Shown here piece by piece: positions 40,301 through 50,365 of a DNA stretch of 64,000 nt. Position numbers and translations under genes: made by a program. The notes under the pieces were generated by a model. That model was given only the letters and a program-made list of their open reading frames with translations. It was not told where the DNA came from and ran no database searches. Position 1 is the first letter of the stretch; each line of letters opens with the position of its first letter. The stretch is from the NCBI RefSeq assembly GCF_054482525.1, contig NZ_CM137006.1; one strand, 5' to 3'.

Positions 40301-41674
40301 TTATGCCCTGGCTCGTGGCTGAGTGATACGTAAACCACTGACACAGGCAGCAATCACTGCCAGAATAGCCGCAGCCATCAGCGAGACGTGCGTACCATTA
40401 TCACCAAACTGATTTAGCATCAGCGCCACCAGTGCCGCGCCGCTACTCTGACCCAGTAGACGAGCCGTCCCTAACATGCCACTGGCTCCACCGCTACGTT
40501 CGCGAGGCGCGGAGGTAATAATGGTGTGGTTATTGGGTGACTGGAATAAGCCAAATCCAGCGCCACATAAGATCATCGGCCAGATAATATTGATATCCGC
40601 AGGTGACGCGGGCAGCAGAACCAGGGAAAAAAGCCCCGCAGCCATGATGAACAATCCTAAAGCACCCAGCAATCCTGCATGTACGCGTTCAATCAAATAG
40701 CCTGCCAGCGGAGCCATCACCATCGTTGCTAACGGCCACGGTGTCAGAAGTAAACCTGTTTCGACTTCACTACGCCCGAGCACGGTTTGCAGGTAAAAGG
40801 GCAGGGAAACCATTGCCAGCATTTGTGCGCAGAAAGAGCAAACAGATGTGCAAATAGAAAGTGAAAACAGCGGGATACGCAGTAAATCCACCGGTAGCAG
40901 CGGTACGGGAAGAAAAAGCTGGCGGCGAATAAAGAAAATACCAACGACAACCATTACCACCAGTTCCGCACCAATCAATGTCAGCGATTGCCCCTGAGCG
41001 AAACCACTCAACGCAGTGATAAGCAGGCCGAAGGTTAACGCGTTCATCACGGCGCTGGGCAGGTCGAAACGGGGTTTACTGGCGCGAGAACCATTGGGTG
41101 GCAGAAAACGCATCGCCAGAAGCAGGGCGATAATACCCAACGGTACGTTGATTAAAAATAACCATTTCCAGGATGCGATGGAGAGGATTGCTGCAGCAAT
41201 TGTCGGCCCGGCAGCAGAAGAAACGGCAACAATAAACGAGTTTATGCCCATCCCTCGACCCAGAAAACGTTGTGGATAGATCAGGCGGATAAGTGCGGTA
41301 TTAACGCTCATCAACGCTGCACCGCCGAAACCTTGTATGACACGCGCAAGGGTGAGCATTTGCAGCGAATCAGAAAGGGCGCAGAACAGTGAAGACAACA
41401 GAAAAACGACCAGACCGCATTTATAAATACGTCGATAGCCAAACATATCGCCCAGAAACGAAAATGAGAGCAGGGAGATGACAATGGCGATTTGATAGGC
41501 GTTCACTACCCAGATGGAACTGGCCGGTGTGGCATGAAGGTCCGTGGCGATTGTTGGCAAGGCGACGTTGGCGATTGCGCCGTCAAGGACAGCCATCGAA
41601 ATACCAATCACAATGGTTAATATCGCACCGTATCGCTGGGGCAACGGCAGGCCGTCGGCCTGAACTTTTGGCAT
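40301..41674 (-). CDS. yebQ: MFS transporter YebQ
   Basis: ATG (complement 41672-41674) gives MPKVQADGLPLPQRYGAILTIVIGISMAVLDGAIANVALP…; 457 aa, 14-TMS-type MFS. Confidence 0.88.
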   Translation of the reverse strand: MPKVQADGLPLPQRYGAILTIVIGISMAVLDGAIANVALPTIATDLHATPASSIWVVNAYQIAIVISLLSFSFLGDMFGYRRIYKCGLVVFLLSSLFCALSDSLQMLTLARVIQGFGGAALMSVNTALIRLIYPQRFLGRGMGINSFIVAVSSAAGPTIAAAILSIASWKWLFLINVPLGIIALLLAMRFLPPNGSRASKPRFDLPSAVMNALTFGLLITALSGFAQGQSLTLIGAELVVMVVVGIFFIRRQLFLPVPLLPVDLLRIPLFSLSICTSVCSFCAQMLAMVSLPFYLQTVLGRSEVETGLLLTPWPLATMVMAPLAGYLIERVHAGLLGALGLFIMAAGLFSLVLLPASPADINIIWPMILCGAGFGLFQSPNNHTIITSAPRERSGGASGMLGTARLLGQSSGAALVALMLNQFGDNGTHVSLMAAAILAVIAACVSGLRITQPRARA

Positions 41675-41850
41675 AGGAATTTTATATCTTTGGTGAATAA
41701 TCAACAGGGGTAAGATTCTAGCACTGATATTCACGGTGGATGTCGCAGAATTGTAACTAACCGGCAAAAGATGGATTGCGACCACCCAGGTGCGAAATTA
41801 TAATAAAAAACAGTTCTGATTTTTATAAAACACTCGCAATGAGGTGATAA

Positions 41851-42642
41851 ATGGCTAACGCAGATCTGGATAAACAGCCTGATTCTGTATCTTCCGTGCT
41901 AAAAGTTTTTGGCATTTTGCAGGCGCTGGGTGAAGAGCGCGAAATAGGGATAACCGAGCTGTCGCAGCGCGTCATGATGTCAAAAAGCACCGTTTATCGC
42001 TTTTTACAGACCATGAAAACCCTGGGTTATGTGGCGCAGGAAGGGGAGTCGGAGAAATATTCCCTGACCCTGAAATTGTTTGAACTGGGCGCTCGCGCGT
42101 TACAAAACGTCGATTTAATTCGTAGCGCAGATATCCAGATGCGTGAGATCTCCCGCCTGACCAAAGAAACTATCCACCTCGGCGCACTGGACGAAGACAG
42201 TATTGTTTACATTCACAAAATTGACTCTATGTACAATTTGCGCATGTATTCACGGATTGGGCGTCGTAATCCGCTGTACAGCACCGCGATTGGTAAGGTA
42301 CTGCTGGCATGGCGCGATCGCGATGAAGTGAAGCAAATTCTTGAGGGCGTGGAGTATAAACGCAGTACCGAACGGACCATCATCAGTACAGAAGCGTTAT
42401 TACCCGTTCTGGACCAGGTGCGCGAGCAGGGGTATGGCGAAGATAACGAAGAGCAGGAAGAAGGACTGCGTTGCATTGCGGTTCCGGTATTTGATCGCTT
42501 TGGCGTGGTCATTGCCGGTCTTAGCATCTCCTTCCCGACGTTGCGTTTCTCTGAAGAGCGTTTACAGGAATATGTCGCAATGTTGCATACCGCGGCGCGC
42601 AAAATTTCTGCCCAAATGGGTTATCACGACTATCCATTCTGA
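41851..42642 (+). CDS. kdgR: IclR-family transcriptional regulator KdgR
   Basis: 263-aa ORF MANADLDKQPDSVSSVLKVFGILQALGEEREIGITELSQRV…; divergent from yebQ. Confidence 0.92.
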   Translation: MANADLDKQPDSVSSVLKVFGILQALGEEREIGITELSQRVMMSKSTVYRFLQTMKTLGYVAQEGESEKYSLTLKLFELGARALQNVDLIRSADIQMREISRLTKETIHLGALDEDSIVYIHKIDSMYNLRMYSRIGRRNPLYSTAIGKVLLAWRDRDEVKQILEGVEYKRSTERTIISTEALLPVLDQVREQGYGEDNEEQEEGLRCIAVPVFDRFGVVIAGLSISFPTLRFSEERLQEYVAMLHTAARKISAQMGYHDYPF

Positions 42643-42785
42643 TGAGAGTAAGAACCTGTCTGAATATCAAACAGACAGGTTCTTTATTTAGCATGAGAAA
42701 AATAAAGTTGAAGGTGGCGTTATATTAAACGCACTTGCGATAAGAATATTTTACTCATGAGTGAGAATCTGGTTATTTATTACCC

Positions 42786-43025
42786 TTAACCATTATCGAC
42801 CACAATATTGCTTTTACGTAACAACGGGCAATCTGTTATCCCCAGAAAACCACTTTTAGTGTGCAGGTATTGTACCGTGCTGGTGCCTCTGGCGGTCAGA
42901 TAGGTACATTGCAAACCTAATCCCGCGGCATTCTCTTTGCTTCCAATCAAAACGCCATATCCGCTGAGTAATAATCCTATCCATACCAGTGCTATCAGCA
43001 TAACTGTGCGAATGATGAATCGCAT
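42786..43025 (-). CDS. yobH: Small membrane protein YobH
   Basis: 79-aa ORF MRFIIRTVMLIALVWIGLLLSGYGVLIGSKENAAGLGLQ…. Confidence 0.8.
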   Translation of the reverse strand: MRFIIRTVMLIALVWIGLLLSGYGVLIGSKENAAGLGLQCTYLTARGTSTVQYLHTKSGFLGITDCPLLRKSNIVVDNG

Positions 43026-43183
43026 TACAACCTCTTCTCTTTTTATGTTCGCTTAATCGTAGCGGCAATATGCGCTGAAGCAAGCGACTCATTCTGAAAA
43101 AGCACGAATATCGACATAGTTAGGCGCTGTTTAACTAACGCATGCTAGTTTAATGACATAAGGTAGGTGAAACGGAGATTGGA

Positions 43184-43327
43184 GTGAAAAAGTTTCGATG
43201 GGTCGTTCTGGTTGTCGTGGTGTTGGCTTGCTTGCTGCTTTGGGCGCAGGTATTCAACATGATGTGCGATCAGGATGTACAATTTTTCAGCGGAATTTGT
43301 GCCATTAACCAGTTTATCCCGTGGTGA
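43184..43327 (+). CDS. mgrB: PhoQ-inhibitory small membrane protein MgrB
   Basis: Read directly from DNA (below the 60-aa ORF-track cutoff): GTG at 43184 gives [47 protein letters not shown], 47 aa. Confidence 0.85.
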
Positions 43328-43401
43328 TATCATTTTTTCAGCACTAGATTTTCTTCCTCTCCAGCAGTGGTAGAATAGCGCCTCTACTCAGAGGTGGTGA
43401 A

Positions 43402-43689
43402 ATGAACGAAGTTGTAAATTCAGGCGTGATGAACATTGCGTCTTTGGTTGTATCGGTGGTGGTTCTTCTTATCGGGCTCATCTTGTGGTTTTTTATCAAT
43501 CGTGCCAGTTCACGGACTAACGAACAGATTGAACTGCTTGAGGCGTTGCTGGATCAGCAAAAACGTCAAAATGCACTGTTACGTCGTTTGTGCGAAGCAA
43601 ACGAACCAGAGAAAGCAGATAAAAAGACCGTTGAGAGTCAAAAATCGGTTGAAGACGAAGATATTATTCGTCTGGTCGCCGAACGATAA
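43402..43689 (+). CDS. yebO: Small membrane protein YebO
   Basis: 95-aa ORF MNEVVNSGVMNIASLVVSVVVLLIGLILWFFINRASSRTNEQIELLEALLDQQKRQN…. Confidence 0.82.
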   Translation: MNEVVNSGVMNIASLVVSVVVLLIGLILWFFINRASSRTNEQIELLEALLDQQKRQNALLRRLCEANEPEKADKKTVESQKSVEDEDIIRLVAER

Positions 43690-44358
43690 TCCTTCCTCAA
43701 TCTTGAGTAACCCCGTCGTTGAAGGGTTACTCAATTCATCCTGATTATACGCACTGCCATGGTGCAACTGCTTCAAATTAAAACTCTGGTCTGACTTCAA
43801 ATAATTATCATATTATTTATTTGCGTAACGGGATATCAGAAAAAGATATTTAGCCCATTAATTTATTAGGATGTTTACATCGGATTTATGATTAAGTGTG
43901 GTATTATTTATTAGCGAAACGTTTCTCTCTTGATTTTTTTGCGCATTCATCAATTTTTCTTATTTTAAATTTACAATACCTTTGGCGATTGAGTTCTCTT
44001 TGGGGTGATTGATAGCCGTTAACTGACTGTTTTATGAGAAAAAGTGATATAACTTTTTATTCATTGCATAGCAGAAAATGTGATATTGCACGCACTATGT
44101 AATAACTTCTCCCATTGGCCTGGAACAACTGAACTTATTGAACTATGTTAGAAAATACGTCAGTTTAAGTATCTGCCTGAACTGGCAAGGTTAAGCACAA
44201 TGATATATCGGCGCGTATTCCGTTGCATAAGTGTGCAAAAAAAGTGGAAGACGTATCGAGATTTGTGCGTCTGATCGAGACATGTTTAAAAATGGCTTGC
44301 CATAATTAACGTTGTATGTGATAACAGATTTCGGGTTAAACGAGGTACAGTTCTGTTT

Positions 44359-44502
44359 ATGTGTGGCATTTTCAGTAAAGAAGTCCTGAGTAAACACGTT
44401 GACGTTGAATACCGCTTCTCTGCCGAGCCTTATATTGGTGCCTCATGCAGTAATGTGTCAGTTTTATCTATGTTATGCCTGCGGGCGAAGAAAACAATCT
44501 AA
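44359..44502 (+). CDS. yobF: Small protein YobF (first gene of the yobF-cspC operon)
   Basis: Read directly from DNA: ATG at 44359 gives [47 protein letters not shown], 47 aa; ends 12 bp before cspC. Confidence 0.8.
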
Positions 44503-44514
44503 GGAATTTTTCAA

Positions 44515-44724
44515 ATGGCAAAGATTAAAGGTCAGGTTAAGTGGTTCAACGAGTCTAAAGGTTTTGGCTTCATTACTCCGGCTGATGGCAGCAAAGACGT
44601 GTTCGTACACTTCTCCGCTATCCAGGGTAATGGCTTCAAAACTCTGGCTGAAGGTCAGAACGTTGAGTTCGAAATTCAGGACGGCCAGAAAGGTCCGGCA
44701 GCTGTTAACGTAACAGCTATCTGA
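44515..44724 (+). CDS. cspC: Cold-shock-domain protein CspC
   Basis: 69-aa [72 protein letters not shown]; RNP1/RNP2 motifs. Confidence 0.95.
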
Positions 44725-44770
44725 TCGAATCCACTGATCTGAAGTGTGAATACGCTTCAATCTCGCTATA

Positions 44771-44797
44771 AAGCCTCGCCGAATGCGAGGCTTTTTA
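44771..44797 (+). terminator. Intrinsic terminator downstream of cspC
   Basis: AGCCTCGC-CGAAT-GCGAGGCT hairpin followed by a T5 run. Confidence 0.8.
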
Positions 44798-44889
44798 CTT
44801 TGCTTTATCTTCGCTCCTGGCGTTCGGATATTTGCCCGCCGCGTGATTCGCGTTACACTTGCGGCCTTTAGTATCCTGCCGGAGTTGTC

Positions 44890-45699
44890 ATGTCGTTTTC
44901 CTGTCCACTTTGCCATCAGCCTCTTTCGCGTGAAAAAAACAGCTATATCTGTCCCCAGCGACATCAGTTTGATATGGCGAAAGAAGGGTATGTCAATCTG
45001 CTGCCCGTTCAGCATAAACGGTCTCGTGATCCGGGCGACAGCGCGGAAATGATGCAAGCACGCCGCGCATTCTTAGATGCCGGACATTATCAGCCGCTGC
45101 GTGATGCAATTGTCGCCCAACTGCGGGAACGGCTTGATGAAAAGGCCACGGCGGTGCTGGATATTGGCTGTGGTGAAGGGTATTACACACACGCATTTGC
45201 CGATGCGCTGCCCGAAATCACCACGTTTGGCCTGGATGTCTCGAAGGTAGCGATAAAAGCGGCGGCGAAACGCTATCCGCAGGTCACTTTTTGTGTTGCT
45301 TCCAGCCACCGTTTGCCGTTTTCCGATACCAGTATGGACGCCATAATACGTATTTACGCGCCGTGTAAAGCAGAAGAATTAGCGCGAGTAGTGAAGCCTG
45401 GCGGTTGGGTCATTACTGCCACGCCGGGACCGCGACATTTGATGGAGCTGAAGGGGCTGATTTACAATGAAGTACATCTTCATGCACCTCATGCAGAACA
45501 ACTGGAAGGTTTTACATTACAGCAGAGTGATGAGTTGTGTTATCCGATGCGTCTTCGCGGTGACGAAGCCGTCGCATTATTGCAGATGACGCCGTTTGCC
45601 TGGCGTGCGAAGTCAGAAGTCTGGCAAACACTGGCAGCAAAAGAAGTGTTCGACTGCCAGACGGACTTTAATATTCACCTCTGGCAGCGTTCTTATTAA
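44890..45699 (+). CDS. rlmA: 23S rRNA m1G745 methyltransferase RlmA
   Basis: 269-aa ORF with N-terminal zinc-finger cysteines (CPLCHQ…CPQRH) and SAM-binding motif LDIGCGEG. Confidence 0.9.
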
Positions 45700-46262
45700 C
45701 CGTGGAAGTGCGTCCAGAGGATCTGGACGCCGATGCCGATCAGCACCAGCCCGCCGAGAATTTCCGCTTTTTTCCCAATAATTGAGCCGATAAAGCGACC
45801 AACCATCATCCCTAATGTCGACATAATCAAGGTTGCACAACCAATGGCCAATGCGGTCGCGATAATGTTGACCTGAAGGAAAGCAAGACCAACACCCACA
45901 GCCATGGCATCCAGGCTGGTGGCAATCGCGGTGGTTACCAGTAGCCAGAAACCGTGCCGACGGCGCGGCTCTTCATCTTCATCATCTGCGCCACGAAAAC
46001 CCTCAATAATCATTCGCCCGCCGAGGAATATCAGCAGCACAAACGCAATCCAGTGATTCCATTCAAGGACAAACCGGCTGGCTAACATGCCCATTCCCCA
46101 GCCGATCAGCGGTGTCAGGGTTTCGACGGCACCAAAAATAAGGCCGGTTCGCAACGCTTCAGAAAATTTCGGTTTATGGAGGGTGGCACCTTTACCGATT
46201 GATGCAGCAAATGCATCCATCGACATACCAAACGCAAGAAGAACAGTAGCAGTGATATTCAT
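45696..46262 (-). CDS. mntP: Manganese efflux pump MntP
   Basis: ATG (complement 46260-46262) gives [33 protein letters not shown]…; 188 aa; the track ORF 45696-46505 includes the leader in-frame. Confidence 0.9.
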
Positions 46263-46490
46263 GACAACGTCCTGACCGGGGTATCCATAAAACACATCAT
46301 CGCCCCCAGCAAACATGCATACATGAACAACAAGCCGCGATGGGTTTTCGCGTTCATGCAGGCATAGCGATTGATGTGCATATGGTCTCGCCTGACTGAA
46401 AGTGTTCAGTCCGTACGTGCCACGTTTTGCAACGAGTATGTTGACACGTACATTTCCGGAATCTGGAAATCGGCTACTCCCCAAATGAGG
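46263..46490 (-). promoter_or_regulatory. mntP 5' leader, expected to contain the Mn2+-responsive yybP-ykoY riboswitch (extent approximate)
   Basis: A roughly 230-nt untranslated leader precedes mntP; assignment relies on established knowledge of the E. coli mntP leader, not on a fold I could verify by eye. Confidence 0.5.
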
Positions 46491-46691
46491 GCGCAACCTT
46501 AACATATTTTGAGAATATAAAACAACTGTTGGAATATATTATTTCATTGCTTTATTGATAACGATTTTCATTTAGATTTATATATCAATGAAACGTTAAA
46601 ATAAATAACAAATAAGGGAAGAGGTAATATAGCCTTAGCTATGTCTGATTATTAAAAATACACTAAACATAGCTTTGGCTAAATTCATAAC

Positions 46692-47150
46692 TTATTGAGT
46701 TGAAACGAGAAGCTTATAAATTTTTTCCAGATCGTCGATATTTCGAACGCGGATTAACAGCCGACGCTGTTCTAATTGCATCACCAACACGCCATCTTCC
46801 GACAAGTTCATCGCTTTGATTCGGCTATATTCAATCCAGACATTGGCGAAGAAAAAACCTTTTTGTTTAAAGATGATCTTCGGAACGCGGATCCAGAATA
46901 TATAAAAACCCATCAGAGCCAGTGCACTTAATAACCATGTTGTTATTAGCGCGCCATGATTCGTGACGTTGTTATAGATAAGAATGACAATCAATCCGAC
47001 GAAGATAACGCTATCAATGCGACCACGCCGGAGCAAAGGAATTGCCAGCAGGGTGGGGCCGTTACGGCGGGGCATGATGAACTGATCGTAGATCGCGAAG
47101 GCCAGGAGTGCGGCGATGAAAAGAATCAGTACCAGGTCCGTGATTGTCAT
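46692..47150 (-). CDS. yobD: Inner-membrane protein YobD (DUF986)
   Basis: 152-aa hydrophobic [34 protein letters not shown]…. Confidence 0.85.
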
Positions 47151-47163
47151 TAATCCTCCAGAT

Positions 47164-47193
47164 AAAAAAACGGGGCCAAAAGGCCCCGGTAGT
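47164..47193. terminator. Bidirectional terminator between manZ and yobD
   Basis: AAAAAAACGGGGCCAAAAGGCCCCGG: GC hairpin with an A-run on the plus strand, i.e. a T-run on the minus strand, downstream of manZ. Confidence 0.7.
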
Positions 47194-47204
47194 GTACAAC
47201 AGTC

Positions 47205-48065
47205 TTACAGTCCCAGCAGGCCGCAAGCGTAACCAGCGATACCGATGACGAAGAAGCCAACGATGATCCACAGCGGGTTAACTTTTTTGCGCAGCAGCCA
47301 CATACAAGCAAAGGTCAGCAGCAGTGGTACCAGGCCTGGCATTAACTGGTCCAGAATAGTCTGGACAGTGGTAACGTGTTCTTTGCCCGTCTGGTCAGTA
47401 ATGCGAGAGACAACCAGCGGGATGTTGACATGCGTCCACTTGTTAACTAATGCCCCCATGACAAACAGGCCGAGGATAGACGCCCCTTCCGTCAGTTTTT
47501 GCAGGAAACCACCACCCATATCTTTAACGATATCGATACCTTTGGAGTAACCATATGCTACGCCGTAGTAACGGGTTGCCAGACGCACCAGGTTAAACAA
47601 GATGAAGAACAGCAGCGGACCTAACAGGCTGCCGCTCATTGCGATACCGGCACCCAGCGCTGCAAATACCGGTCGTACGGTTCCCCAGAAGATCGGGTCG
47701 CCTACACCAGCCAGCGGCCCCATCAAACCGACTTTGATACCGTTGATAGCACCGTCATCGATCTCTGCGCCATTAGCACGCTGTTCTTCCAGCGCCAGGG
47801 TTACGCCGAGAATCGGCGCAGCCACGAACGGCTGGGTGTTAAAGAACTCCAGGTGACGGCGAATAGCTTGTTTACGAGCTTCGTTGTTCTCAGGGTAGAG
47901 GCGACGAATTGCCGGTACCATAGAGAAGCAGAAACCCAGTGCCTGCATACGTTCGAAGTTCCATGAACCCTGGAAGAGGTTAGAACGCAGGAAGACGCCA
48001 CGAATATCACTTTGAGTGAGTTTTTTCTCGGTGGTAGTTTGAGTTGTATCAACCATTTCGCTCAC
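47205..48065 (-). CDS. manZ: Mannose PTS enzyme IID
   Basis: 286-aa ORF MSEMVDTTQTTTEKKLTQSDIRGVFLRSNLFQGSWNFERMQALGF…. Confidence 0.92.
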   Translation of the reverse strand: MSEMVDTTQTTTEKKLTQSDIRGVFLRSNLFQGSWNFERMQALGFCFSMVPAIRRLYPENNEARKQAIRRHLEFFNTQPFVAAPILGVTLALEEQRANGAEIDDGAINGIKVGLMGPLAGVGDPIFWGTVRPVFAALGAGIAMSGSLLGPLLFFILFNLVRLATRYYGVAYGYSKGIDIVKDMGGGFLQKLTEGASILGLFVMGALVNKWTHVNIPLVVSRITDQTGKEHVTTVQTILDQLMPGLVPLLLTFACMWLLRKKVNPLWIIVGFFVIGIAGYACGLLGL

Positions 48066-48068
48066 CTG

Positions 48069-48869
48069 TTAGTCCAGTTCGTTATCGAGATCGTTGTTAC
48101 CAGCTGCCTGAGCAGGCGCACCGGCTACGCGGTTGTATTTCGGGCTAAGTTGGATGTAGAGCACTGCCATAACAGTACCAATCACACCCAGAGCAACCAG
48201 GTTAAAGTTGGTGAATGCTGCGGTTACGAAGCCGAGGTAGAAGAACGGCATCAGGTAGCCAGCACGCATCATGTTGATAACCATCGCATAACCAACCACC
48301 ACGATCATGCCACCGGCGATATTCAGACCATTGGTCACCACTTCCGGAATCGCGTTCAGCATGTTCTGTACTTCGCTGGTACCAACAGACAGCGCAACGA
48401 TGACGGCCGGAATAGCCACACGCATTGCTTGCAGGAACAGAGAAGAAACGTGGATCCAGGAAATCGCTGTCAGGTTGCCGTTATCAGCAGCCTTATCCGC
48501 AGCGTGCTGGAAAGCAACGGTAATAGTACGAACGATGATGGTCAGTACCTGGCCCGCAGCGGCCAGAGGGATTGCCAGTGCGATACCTGCACCAATGCTC
48601 TGATGACCTGCGATAACCAGAATAGTAGAAATGATGGAAGCCAGAGCGGCGTCAGGCGCAACTGCAGCACCGATGTTCATCCAGCCCAGCGCGATCATTT
48701 CCAGCGTACCACCGATAATAATACCGGTTTTCATATCGCCAAGAACGATACCCACCAGGGTACACGCGATTAGCGGACGGTGAAACTGAAATTCATCGAG
48801 GATTGATCCCATACCTGCGATACAGGCTACGATAAATACCAGCACAATTTGAAGAGTGGTAATCTCCAT
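48069..48869 (-). CDS. manY: Mannose PTS enzyme IIC
   Basis: 266-aa membrane ORF MEITTLQIVLVFIVACIAGMGSILDEFQFHRPLIACTLVG…. Confidence 0.93.
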   Translation of the reverse strand: MEITTLQIVLVFIVACIAGMGSILDEFQFHRPLIACTLVGIVLGDMKTGIIIGGTLEMIALGWMNIGAAVAPDAALASIISTILVIAGHQSIGAGIALAIPLAAAGQVLTIIVRTITVAFQHAADKAADNGNLTAISWIHVSSLFLQAMRVAIPAVIVALSVGTSEVQNMLNAIPEVVTNGLNIAGGMIVVVGYAMVINMMRAGYLMPFFYLGFVTAAFTNFNLVALGVIGTVMAVLYIQLSPKYNRVAGAPAQAAGNNDLDNELD

Positions 48870-48931
48870 TGTACTTCTCCTGTTTACGTAAGACTTAAGT
48901 GTGAAAACTGAGTGATAATCAACACAATACG

Positions 48932-49903
48932 TTACTTATCGATTTTGCTGATCAGATCCATCATTTTCAGTTTCGGATCGGTGGAAACCTTACGGACTTC
49001 CAGCTCAATACCGCGCGCATTCAGTTTCTTGAACGCCTCGATATCTTTTTCATCAACCGAAACCGCGTTATTCACCTGGGTTTTACCCTGACGGAATGCC
49101 ATACCACCGACGTTAACAGAGGTGATTTTCACGCCGCCTTCAACGAGACGCTCTACATCTGTTGGGTTGGTAAATAACAGCATTACGCGTTCGCCAGCAT
49201 ATTTCGGGTTGTTGTAGACGCGAATCATTTTGGCAACATCAACTACGTGTGCTGTTACGCCCGGAGGTGCAACCTGGGTGAGCAGTGTCTTACGAACGGT
49301 ATCCGCAGCCACTTCATCACTAACAACAATAATACGGGAGACATTGGTTTCTTTGGTCCAGCGGGTGGCGACCTGACCGTGAATCAGACGGTCGTCGATA
49401 CGCGCAAGGCCAATAACCATGTAGTCGTTTGGTCCCATTGGTTTTGCCGGAGTTGGAGCCGCTTTTGGTGCTGCGGCAGCGGGTGCTGGCGCGGCTTTTT
49501 CAACCGGTTTGGCTTTCAGAGCTTTCACGCCTTCACGGCCTGTTTCTACTGCCAGCGCCACCAGTTCATCAAAGCTTGGGTCATCATCACGGGCCATTAA
49601 CGTTTCCACGAGCATTGGAATGTTAACGCCTGCAATGACTTCATAATGCTCTTTGTCGACGACAATGCGGCTGGCAGCATTGAACGGGCTGCCTCCCCAT
49701 GTATCAACGAGAAACAGCACGCCTTTAGTGGTGTCGAGTTTTGCCAACTGAGCGTTGTACTTTTCAATCAGCGTTTCGGCATTTTCACCTGGAACGAAAT
49801 CGATCCAGCCGACGTTTTCCTGCTCGCCTAACAGCATTTCTGCGGTTTTAAGCAACTGCTCTGCAGCCCAACCATGTGTGCCTATAACAATAGCAATGGT
49901 CAC
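48932..49903 (-). CDS. manX: Mannose PTS enzyme IIAB
   Basis: 323-aa ORF MTIAIVIGTHGWAAEQLLKTAEMLLGEQENVGWIDFVPGENAETLIEKY…; Ala/Pro-rich linker between the IIA and IIB domains. Confidence 0.93.
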   Translation of the reverse strand: MTIAIVIGTHGWAAEQLLKTAEMLLGEQENVGWIDFVPGENAETLIEKYNAQLAKLDTTKGVLFLVDTWGGSPFNAASRIVVDKEHYEVIAGVNIPMLVETLMARDDDPSFDELVALAVETGREGVKALKAKPVEKAAPAPAAAAPKAAPTPAKPMGPNDYMVIGLARIDDRLIHGQVATRWTKETNVSRIIVVSDEVAADTVRKTLLTQVAPPGVTAHVVDVAKMIRVYNNPKYAGERVMLLFTNPTDVERLVEGGVKITSVNVGGMAFRQGKTQVNNAVSVDEKDIEAFKKLNARGIELEVRKVSTDPKLKMMDLISKIDK

Positions 49904-50365
49904 TTGCTACCTCCTTTATTATCGTTAACACCTCAACGTGCCAGATGTATTTTTGAATCGTCGTCCACAATCGAATCGATTCAGATAAGGGCTACAACCA
50001 AAAACCCCTGCGTTTCGCGATTTATTTTAGATATCGAAAAAATTATTTTATGTGATGAAGATCCGTAATTTAACTTTCGATTAGCAGAAATTTCGAAAGG
50101 TAAAATATCCTTGTCACATTCGTTTGCAAAGGAAGGTAAATCTTTGCCAAATCAGAGGCGTCTCTGATATGTTTAACTCCCGTTTAACAACCATGGAGTA
50201 TAGGGCAGTAGCCCGCAGTATGGATCGTCACCGACGTCATTTCAGCATCAGGCCTTTTAACGCCTGTCTTTCTGGCACTCTATGCCGCACCTTTCGTTTG
50301 CATTTTGTCGTTACGCCTGCATTATTTCTGGCGTCGAATAGCTATTCCTTAAGCAGGAGCTTGTC

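Noticed and set aside
44473-45057. 194-aa minus-strand ORF overlapping cspC and the rlmA start
   Set aside because: Antisense to the highly conserved cspC and crosses its terminator; incompatible with the well-supported plus-strand genes.
48012-48773. 253-aa plus-strand ORF with a His/Asn/Cys-rich translation
   Set aside because: Antisense within manY and manZ; low-complexity composition produced by the complement of a hydrophobic membrane-protein gene.
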